Origin: a virus
Direction: 5' to 3' (one strand)
Virus record (IMG/VR): IMGVR_UViG_3300046047_000096
DNA: 13,811 bases
The position numbers and the translations under genes were made by a program. Below are positions 6,826 to 13,458 of the stretch, one piece after another. The notes under the pieces were generated by a model. It searched no databases, had not been told where the DNA came from, and saw nothing but the letters and a program-made list of their open reading frames with translations. The first letter of the stretch is position 1; each line of letters begins with the position of its first letter.

Positions 6826-7033
6826 GAAAAGCGTCAGAAAACCAAGTTACTGGCAGGCGGTTGCCGTTGTGTGTAGCGCACAGCGGTTATTTTTTTGCGC
6901 TGAATTAGGTATGTCCAAAAATGGCGACACCCACGGGGCAAAATTCCGCCGCCAGTTGATCCAGACAGTCATTCACCCGTCTTCTTCGCTGGGCGTGCAC
7001 CAGAAACCGCCTGTCAGCACTGACTTTTCAGGC

Positions 7034-7062
7034 AAACAAAAAAACGGGCATTTCTGCCCGTT
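7034..7062 (-). terminator. Rho-independent terminator closing the minus-strand packaging/head operon
   Basis: Perfect 8-bp stem AACGGGCA / TGCCCGTT with a 4-nt loop. On the minus strand it is followed by TTTTTGTTTG. It lies 60 nt after the connector gene stop. Confidence 0.75.
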
Positions 7063-7121
7063 CGACGATTAAATTTGGGTCAGTGAAAGGTAACGGGCCT
7101 TACACCAACAACTATATTGTA

Positions 7122-7427
7122 TTACAAAGTAGTGCCTTTGGCAAGCGCTTTACCTCGTAACTGTTGAATCATACTCACCACAGAGTAGGGTATTTCTTGG
7201 CTGGCTGTGGTGACGGCACCACGGTTCTGGTACCAGAATTCTACCAGCATTGCCACGGCAATATCATACTGGCTGAAATTCGCCAGGTCTTCGGCAGCGG
7301 CTGCACTGTCCACCGCATTGTGTACGTAGTCCTGGGCCGCTGTGATGTAGCCATTAATCAGCCCATCATCTGCCGTGTCGGTATCTAGGCGTAGGCTGTT
7401 CTTGATCGCTTCTAGGGTAACTGTCAT
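7122..7427 (-). CDS. gp6-like head-tail connector (DNA-packaging/head-tail adaptor family)
   Basis: ATG at 7425-7427 follows AGGAGA. MTVTLEAIKNSLRLDTDTADDGLINGYITAAQDYVHNAV...QLRG resembles the SPP1 gp15/HK97 gp6-type connector family. The track start at 7469 has no RBS. Confidence 0.78.
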   Translation of the reverse strand: MTVTLEAIKNSLRLDTDTADDGLINGYITAAQDYVHNAVDSAAAAEDLANFSQYDIAVAMLVEFWYQNRGAVTTASQEIPYSVVSMIQQLRGKALAKGTTL

Positions 7428-7440
7428 GTTTTCATCTCCT

Positions 7441-7473
7441 AAATGAAAGGGGCGTACCCGTAGGCACACCCCC
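7441..7473 (-). terminator. Possible leaky terminator/attenuator between the capsid and connector genes
   Basis: The minus strand reads GGGGTGTGCCTACGGGTACGCCCC followed by TTTCATTT. The stem is imperfect and GC-rich. Confidence 0.3.
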
Positions 7474-7549
7474 GTAGTGATTAATTACTTGGCGTGAATT
7501 GTGATCGCCCCGGGTCCACTGGCGCCTGTAGTAACGTCAGTCGGGGACG

Positions 7550-9094
7550 TTATTTTGACGGCGTAGCTGCTGCGGCCGGGGTAATTTCGACGTACCGAGC
7601 AGCGTCTTCGTCAATCTTCTGGTAGTCGTTGCGGATCACCACAGCCAAGCCGCTGGCATAGGAATCGAACTTTTCCCAGCTGGTTTCTACCTGGTTCTTT
7701 TGAGCCAGAAAGACAGATTGCTCCAAGTCACCGACAATCATCGGGAACGTGCCCGCTACTGGGTCAGCCAGCACCTTATTCGATACCACAATGACCGGGG
7801 CGCCGAATAATTGCTTGCCGGACGGGGCCGTGATGGACGGTTGCAACAGGTAGCGGCCTTCACTGTCCTTCAGTGTATCCAGCCAATTGAACCCGCTCTG
7901 GTTCGTAATAACCGACAGAGAAAGCGCCGGGTCCAGTTCAACGTTGAAGATCTTCTTCAAGTCGTCCGTATTGGTTGCAGCAATCTTCTTGAAGCTGGTC
8001 AGCAGCTTGGTGATTTCCGTGTTGTTGGTGTTTTGCACCAGCTTTTTCAGTTGGGCTTTCACTTCGGCGACGATATTCACTTCGCTGTCTTCTACCAGTT
8101 CGTCAGACAGATAAATCTTTCCGGCCCGGGTGGTTACCTTGTAATCCACACCCTTGAATAAATTGGCGTCAATGTCAGGAATTTCAGCCAGTTCCTCTTT
8201 CGTTGCCAGCACGCCATTATTGACCAACGCCACCGGGTAGGTGCCCACGGGCGTACCCACAGACTTCACTGTAACGTACTTCGCCAAGTCATAGCTTGAT
8301 TGCTTCAAGTCCAGTACGTCTTTAATGACTTCCTTCGGTACGACGGCCCCCGCTGATACGGTGGTCAGTCCGTCCCGGTGCTCACCGTGGGAACGGATGT
8401 AATCTTCAAAAGCGCGGCTTTCAGTGTGTGCTGCATCAATAATTGTCTTTTCCATGGGGGTAACCTCTTTCTTTTGTTGGTTGTTATTTTGGTCGTCAAG
8501 CCATGCGGTGTAGCTGCGCTTGTCCACTCGTACGTTCGTATCATCGTACGCGCCGATTGCACAAAGCGATACATCAAAAAGGCTCTTCACTTGCTTAATT
8601 GTGCGGATCACCTGGCCGCTATCGTCTTTGGTGAATGTATCGCCATCGGGGGCAGCCACGAAAGTGAAGCTCATCGCGGACAGGTTGCCCGCTTCGACGT
8701 TCTTAAAAGCGTCGGATGCCATCGTGGTATCGGGCAAAGTGGCTTCAAAATGCAGTCCCTTATCATCAACGTCCAATTTCAGCGTGCCGGCCTTCGTACT
8801 GGCTAAAACCTGGCTGAAATCGTGATTCGAAACAAGATAAACGTCTTTCAAGTCCACGTCATCAAACGCGTGGGGATCCACAATCTCACGGAACCCCCCA
8901 AGATCCTTACTTGGTTGATTGAATACCACGGCATAACCTGTTAACTTCTTAGGGCTTGTGGTAGCCTGTTGCTTGGCGTCTGTTCCCTCATTCGGTGTAG
9001 CGCCGTCTGCTTTGGTCGGTTGATCGGCACTTACACCAGCGTCTGGGGTCAGGCGTTTTTCTAATACATCATTGTTCGCCATCTGCTGGCTCAC
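7550..9094 (-). CDS. Prohead serine protease (HK97/S78 type) fused in frame to an HK97-fold major capsid protein
   Basis: 514 aa. The N-terminal half (YAVVFNQPSKDLGGFREIVDPHAFDD...LVSNHDFSQVLAST...LSAMSFTF) is protease-like. The C-terminal ~300 aa (ESRAFEDYIRS...LLQPSITAPSGKQLFGAPVIVVSNKVLA...) is MCP-like. Start is GTG 9094 or ATG 9082. An internal in-frame ATG at 8453-8455 has an AAGAGG RBS. Confidence 0.88.
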   Translation of the reverse strand: MSQQMANNDVLEKRLTPDAGVSADQPTKADGATPNEGTDAKQQATTSPKKLTGYAVVFNQPSKDLGGFREIVDPHAFDDVDLKDVYLVSNHDFSQVLASTKAGTLKLDVDDKGLHFEATLPDTTMASDAFKNVEAGNLSAMSFTFVAAPDGDTFTKDDSGQVIRTIKQVKSLFDVSLCAIGAYDDTNVRVDKRSYTAWLDDQNNNQQKKEVTPMEKTIIDAAHTESRAFEDYIRSHGEHRDGLTTVSAGAVVPKEVIKDVLDLKQSSYDLAKYVTVKSVGTPVGTYPVALVNNGVLATKEELAEIPDIDANLFKGVDYKVTTRAGKIYLSDELVEDSEVNIVAEVKAQLKKLVQNTNNTEITKLLTSFKKIAATNTDDLKKIFNVELDPALSLSVITNQSGFNWLDTLKDSEGRYLLQPSITAPSGKQLFGAPVIVVSNKVLADPVAGTFPMIVGDLEQSVFLAQKNQVETSWEKFDSYASGLAVVIRNDYQKIDEDAARYVEITPAAAATPSK

Positions 9095-10253
9095 TTCCTT
9101 CTAGTTTGTTTTGGTACTTGTAAATATTGTCCAGTGGCGTGTAATTCAGTGACGCCATAGGTACATCGCCGTTTGCCACTTTAGGCAAGCCCAACTTTTC
9201 CCGGGCCTCGTTCGTGGTCAGCACGCCACCTTGCAGACCCGTCACGGCCAACTTCTGCATGGTCACCGGATCGGCAGAGAACAGCCGGTCAGTGTTGAAG
9301 CTGAACCGCTTGTCACCTGCGGATACCTTGGCATCTAACTCGCTGGCGAAGCAGGCAAAGTATTGCACCAAGGTATTTTGCAGATAAATCACGTTGCTTT
9401 GCACGCTGCTAGAATGTTCACTTTCAATGCCCAGGCGATCCAGCGGCAGGCCGAACGCCTTTGCAATTTGCCGCGTTGTGAAGTCGTTGGAGTTCACCAG
9501 CTTCAGCACGTCCGTATTGACCTCCAATTGCTTATAGTCCATGTCATTATCCAGAATGATAGTCCGTAAAGCGTTATCTCCGCTGTTGGCTTCTTCGAAC
9601 TTCTTACGGATGTTGTTCTTGGCGTCGGCGTCCAGCGCGGCTTTCTGTACTTTCAGCAGGCCAGTCCCTTGTACGCCAGACTTGAAGAACCCGGTCAGCA
9701 GTTTGTTGCCTGCTTTCTGAATCGTCACTTCATCACGTAGGCTGTAAAGCGGTGACAGGCCCGTGTAGCCGTCTTGGGTGAAACACTTGAAGTGCAGCAC
9801 GTCAGACGGTTCTAAGCGCTGTGCGTGCCCCTCTGGGGGCGTGTACGTGTAACTGACCTCACCGCTTGCATCGTCCAGCTTCACCACCATTTGGCTATTC
9901 GGGATCAACGTGAAGCCGGTGATCTGGCTGCTGTTGTTCCGGTCAATACGGGCAAAGCTGTTGCCGTTCAGCAGCATGTTCGCCACCAGAGAAAACTTAA
10001 ACGCCCAGGCGGTCATGTGATCGTTTGGGGCCTTATTCAGCAGCGTGGTCAGCTTCTTATCGTCGTATTCGATGGGATTACTCGCTAAGTCGCTGGCGAT
10101 CACTCGAATGGCGGTAAATACGTCCGAATTTCGCAACGCCCCAGCACCCACGTACACGCCGCTGTCATTGCTGGTCATGCTGATAAGGGCATCCAGAAAC
10201 GGTTCACTGTTGTCTTCGCGGGGCTGACTGGGATCGTTCTTGAAAAAACTCAT
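9069..10253 (-). CDS. Portal protein (HK97 family)
   Basis: ATG at 10251-10253 follows GAAGGTGA. 394 aa with an SDVFTAIRVIASDLASNP... portal-family N-terminus. ATGA overlap with the upstream small ORF. The track start at 10343 is an extension. Confidence 0.9.
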   Translation of the reverse strand: MSFFKNDPSQPREDNSEPFLDALISMTSNDSGVYVGAGALRNSDVFTAIRVIASDLASNPIEYDDKKLTTLLNKAPNDHMTAWAFKFSLVANMLLNGNSFARIDRNNSSQITGFTLIPNSQMVVKLDDASGEVSYTYTPPEGHAQRLEPSDVLHFKCFTQDGYTGLSPLYSLRDEVTIQKAGNKLLTGFFKSGVQGTGLLKVQKAALDADAKNNIRKKFEEANSGDNALRTIILDNDMDYKQLEVNTDVLKLVNSNDFTTRQIAKAFGLPLDRLGIESEHSSSVQSNVIYLQNTLVQYFACFASELDAKVSAGDKRFSFNTDRLFSADPVTMQKLAVTGLQGGVLTTNEAREKLGLPKVANGDVPMASLNYTPLDNIYKYQNKLEGSEPADGEQ

Positions 10254-10435
10254 TGGTTCACCTTCTTTCCTGTCTCGTTTTGGTTGATAAGCACGGCCAC
10301 TATAATCAGTACCGTCCCTAGCGCAACCAAGGCCCATTGCCACCCCAGCAGTGCCCAGATGCCCGCCACCAATAGCAGAAAGCCCAGCACCAGCACCACC
10401 GTTTGGATGTTAAAAACTGAAATTATTGCTCGCAT
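10250..10435 (-). CDS. Small two-TM membrane protein between terL and portal
   Basis: 61 aa with hydrophobic helices VVLVLGFLLLVAGIWALL and ALVALGTVLIIVAVLI. Overlaps both neighbours. Confidence 0.6.
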   Translation of the reverse strand: MRAIISVFNIQTVVLVLGFLLLVAGIWALLGWQWALVALGTVLIIVAVLINQNETGKKVNQ

Positions 10436-12116
10436 AGAACCGGTTCAACTCCTCACTGTTTTCTGCCGTCGTAATTGAATCCATTGCCACTGTGTACGCG
10501 TTCATTAGGGCGGCTATCGGGTCAATTTTCGTAGCGTTCCGGGCCTTGTCAATAATGGGGTTGTTGTTGGAGTCCCATTTTAGAATGGCGTTGTTCACGG
10601 CGTAGGCCAGCAGCTCATTTTTCCGGTGCTTAATGTGCTCATTGAATAGGTCATCACGAAAACGGACCGTGGGAATTGACAGCGTGCGCTGGCCTTGGCG
10701 TACCTCAACCATTGGCAAGTTACGTTTTTCAAACTCCGGTAGAAGGTATGAAAACGACCAGGGATCGTAACAGATGGCCCGCACGTTCCACTGGTTCTGC
10801 TCGATCAGGTCGAGAATGAAACTCAAAACCTCGGAATAATCGATCATTCCGCTTTCCAGTTTGGTGATGCTGCACTCGCCGCGACTAGCACCGCTGATGT
10901 AGTCGAAGCCGTCCCGTTTGCTCTTTTCATCAATGCCGCCGTACTTCGTGCCCACAAAGCTGAATGAATCAGCATACAGATACCCGTTCATAGGATTCAG
11001 CCAACTCACCGAAGTCAGATCACTGGATTTACTAAGGTCAATACCTAGAAAAACGTCCCGGCTAGTCGTATCTGGTTCTTCCACAGTGGCTTTGTTCCAG
11101 TCGGTCAGGCTGATATAGCTATCGGCCCGGGCCTGAACGAACATGTTGAAGTTTTTGATAAGCAGCGGGGCCAAATTGTTCCGTTTAGCGGCCAGATCCA
11201 CATCGGCCTGCAAACTGGGAATCATCGTTCTGGCGCGTTCCTTGTTGGCTAGAAGCGGATTGGATTTTTCCCAGGCGGCCGGGTCAAACGCTTCTTTGCG
11301 GTCATCTTGTTCCCAGATGGCAATGAAGTAACGGTCGGCGCTTTGTTTCCCAGTCAGTACCTGCCGGACAAACTTGTATTCCTGGTACATTGGCCCGTTT
11401 AAGTTCGGCCCGGCGGTACTAATAACCGCTAGTAAAGAATTATCGCTGTTTATTTGCCCCGATTTAAGCACGTTATAGATTTCATTCGTCTTTGCTAATG
11501 CATATTCATCTATGATAGCTAAGTCCGATTGGTATCCATCCAGGCTATGCAGATCACTCGCCAACGGTAAAGCTCTGCTATCGGTTTCTAAGTCGCGTAC
11601 TTCGTCCCGGTTGATCTTCAAGCGCTGACGCAATGACGGGGACACTTTGGTGACTTGCCGTAACCCACTTGCCATCATGCCATAGGCTAAACGCGCCTGG
11701 GCCGCCGTATTGGCGCTGTAGACAATTTCCCGGTTGCGGGCTGGCTTATTCTCTAGTAACAGGTACAACGCGCCGATGGACGCCATCAGGTACGATTTCC
11801 CCGACTTGCGGGCCATGGAAATGAATGCCCGGTCATAGCGCCTGTTTCCGGTTTCCTTGTCTCGCCAGCCGAACAATTCCGATAGCAGCCACTTCTGGAA
11901 AAGTTCCAGTTTCAGCACACTACCGTCCCGGGCGGGCATCAACTCCACGAACTCAATCGCCTTAGCAGCCTTGTCTTCGTCGAAGTAGTAGGGGAAGTCT
12001 GCGGACTTGCTGGCCTTAATATCTCGCCGATACCGCCGGGCGGCTTGTTTAATCTTTTTCCCGGCCACAATATCGCCAGCCAGTACCTTGTCCGTGTATT
12101 CCTTTGCCCAGTTCAT
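10410..12116 (-). CDS. terL: Terminase large subunit
   Basis: 568 aa. Walker A-like MARKSGKSYL, Walker B-like DLAIIDEYA, and a C-terminal nuclease-like region. ATGA overlap with terS. Confidence 0.95.
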   Translation of the reverse strand: MNWAKEYTDKVLAGDIVAGKKIKQAARRYRRDIKASKSADFPYYFDEDKAAKAIEFVELMPARDGSVLKLELFQKWLLSELFGWRDKETGNRRYDRAFISMARKSGKSYLMASIGALYLLLENKPARNREIVYSANTAAQARLAYGMMASGLRQVTKVSPSLRQRLKINRDEVRDLETDSRALPLASDLHSLDGYQSDLAIIDEYALAKTNEIYNVLKSGQINSDNSLLAVISTAGPNLNGPMYQEYKFVRQVLTGKQSADRYFIAIWEQDDRKEAFDPAAWEKSNPLLANKERARTMIPSLQADVDLAAKRNNLAPLLIKNFNMFVQARADSYISLTDWNKATVEEPDTTSRDVFLGIDLSKSSDLTSVSWLNPMNGYLYADSFSFVGTKYGGIDEKSKRDGFDYISGASRGECSITKLESGMIDYSEVLSFILDLIEQNQWNVRAICYDPWSFSYLLPEFEKRNLPMVEVRQGQRTLSIPTVRFRDDLFNEHIKHRKNELLAYAVNNAILKWDSNNNPIIDKARNATKIDPIAALMNAYTVAMDSITTAENSEELNRFYASNNFSF

Positions 12117-12583
12117 TGTTCAATGACCTTCGCGAATGGATCGTCAGGCTTCTTCACGTCGCTCTTGATGTTCATCTTCAACCGACCATAGACAGACAAG
12201 CCCAGACTGTCCGCCAGCTTCATCAATTCCGCCGTAGCCCGCTGCTTAATGCCCACACTGGGGTTCTGACGCGTGTTGCCGTTGTCAGCGGTCAATATCA
12301 AGCCGTTTGCTGTAATGTCTTCCTGGGCGTGCTGAACGTCCGCATACGCCTGGCAATAACTGGCGATCATTGCCACATCCAGTTCACTCACCGGAATTTC
12401 TTGCTTCAACAGCGGCACAATACGCTGCCACTCCGTCACTGCCACTTCATCCAGCCAAGTAGGGGGCTGGGCAGTGAGTTCCTTGAATTGAAACATCGTT
12501 TGCTGCGCCTGTTGCCGGGCTTCTTTCTCTTTCGGGGGCATGTGGCCCCGAATGTCTTCCACATTCTTGAATCGGTTCGCCAT
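12113..12583 (-). CDS. terS: Terminase small subunit (P27-like family)
   Basis: 156 aa. The segment VTEWQRIVPLL...LDVAMIASYCQAYADVQHAQEDITANGLIL...NPSVGIKQRATAELMKLADSLGLS fits P27-type small terminases. It is positioned directly upstream of terL. Confidence 0.85.
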   Translation of the reverse strand: MANRFKNVEDIRGHMPPKEKEARQQAQQTMFQFKELTAQPPTWLDEVAVTEWQRIVPLLKQEIPVSELDVAMIASYCQAYADVQHAQEDITANGLILTADNGNTRQNPSVGIKQRATAELMKLADSLGLSVYGRLKMNIKSDVKKPDDPFAKVIEQ

Positions 12584-12718
12584 TTTCTCACTACCTCTTG
12601 TTTTTATTGATTATTTCTATTATTTATTTAATACGTCCGCGGGCCAGCAAAAATTATCGGATTTATTTGTCAAGAAAGGCTCACCCATCGGTTCTCATAA
12701 ACGTTGATATAGCGGGCC
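12584..12718. other. Putative cos region (packaging cleavage/recognition site)
   Basis: This is the only sizeable intergenic gap in the late operon, between HNH and terS. A strongly AT-rich tract (12600-12632) abuts a GC island, CGTCCGCGGGCCAG (12634-12647), containing the palindrome CCGCGG. GCGGGCC repeats at 12639-12645 and 12712-12718. Confidence 0.35.
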
Positions 12719-13111
12719 TTATCTTAATGGGGGCAAATCATATCTTTCAATATCCTCTTGTGACTTGGTATAGTGGCAGGAATTACATAAACTCTGTAAG
12801 TTTGCTTCATCTAAACGCTTGTTCCAATCAACCCGCAACGGAATTATATGGTCGCAAACGTCCGCTTTCACGTACAAACCGCGTTCTTTGCATCGCTTGC
12901 AAATTGGATTGCGTAAACGGAATGAATACGACAACTTTCGCCACTGCTTCGACTTGTAGAACTGGAAATATTTCCCACCGATTGCTTTGCGGTTCTGGTA
13001 GTTGTCGTAGGCGTTTGGCGCGCGATGCTCTGGCTTGTGTTCAGCACAGTAAGCCACGTTGAACGGCACCAATGTGCGACAGCCTGCATGATTGCAGAAC
13101 TTCATCACCAC
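12719..13111 (-). CDS. HNH endonuclease (packaging-associated)
   Basis: 130 aa. Cys pairs (CNHAGC, CAEH, CKRCK, CNSCH) and DHIIPL...N...LQSLCNSCH form an HNH/zinc-finger signature. Located adjacent to terS. Confidence 0.9.
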   Translation of the reverse strand: MVMKFCNHAGCRTLVPFNVAYCAEHKPEHRAPNAYDNYQNRKAIGGKYFQFYKSKQWRKLSYSFRLRNPICKRCKERGLYVKADVCDHIIPLRVDWNKRLDEANLQSLCNSCHYTKSQEDIERYDLPPLR

Positions 13112-13123
13112 GAAAGCATCACC

Positions 13124-13444
13124 TCATTCTTCATATTCAAGCGTCACCAAGTCCATACCGTTCACGTCATCGTCTGGCAGAACTTGCTTCACGTTGTACT
13201 GTTTCCCGTTGATCTGAAATGCACCACTATTCGTAACTCGCTCATTGTGCCGAATGATGATTACTTTCACTTCGCCATTGCTCTCACCTGAAAGTTGCTG
13301 CACATCTTTCAGCGTCTGCTTATATGAACCGTAGAACAGTGTCATCACTTCATGCCAGACTTCTGTCGGCTCACCGTCTCCTGACGGCGTGAACTCGCCG
13401 TATGCAGCACGTTTGTTCAGTCGTGCCAGTCTTACATTCTTCAT
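13124..13444 (-). CDS. Head closure / head-tail joining protein (SPP1 gp16-like)
   Basis: 106 aa. LNKRAAY...DGEPTEVWHEVMTLFYGSYKQ...VKVIIIRHNERV...FQINGKQYNVKQV...LVTLEYEE matches the pattern of the head-tail joining family. AAGGAAG RBS. Confidence 0.72.
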   Translation of the reverse strand: MKNVRLARLNKRAAYGEFTPSGDGEPTEVWHEVMTLFYGSYKQTLKDVQQLSGESNGEVKVIIIRHNERVTNSGAFQINGKQYNVKQVLPDDDVNGMDLVTLEYEE

Positions 13445-13458
13445 TGCGTTAACTTCCT

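Noticed and set aside
7055-7070. GTTCGA-containing segment as a tRNA 3' fragment marking a tRNA att site
   Set aside because: It is the descending arm of a terminator hairpin. No acceptor or T-arm structure can be drawn around it.
6749-7072. 107-aa plus-strand ORF in the int-distal non-coding region
   Set aside because: Its ATG sits inside a terminator hairpin with no RBS. The translation is Cys/His/Phe-rich and low in typical coding character. It spans the putative arm sites and runs into the convergent terminator. I treat it as non-coding att DNA.
6595-7121. Accessory cargo (defence system, toxin or virulence gene) at the usual PICI cargo position next to att
   Set aside because: I scanned both strands. 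Only peptides of 27 aa or fewer or implausible ORFs occur. The region is explained by arm repeats, hairpins and two terminators.
7811-8825. Plus-strand ORFs of 75-142 aa (7811-8161, 7887-8114, 8378-8806, 8520-8825)
   Set aside because: They are antisense to the protease-capsid gene, lack RBSs and have repetitive Leu/Val/Ser-rich translations typical of shadow frames.
12104-12610. 168-aa plus-strand ORF
   Set aside because: It is entirely antisense to terS, which has a clear family signature and operon context. It is a shadow ORF.
12668-12673. Perfect TTGACA -35 hexamer on the minus strand upstream of terS
   Set aside because: No acceptable -10 lies at 16-19 nt spacing. If it is a promoter it would need an activator (possibly the ArpU-like protein), so I did not call it.
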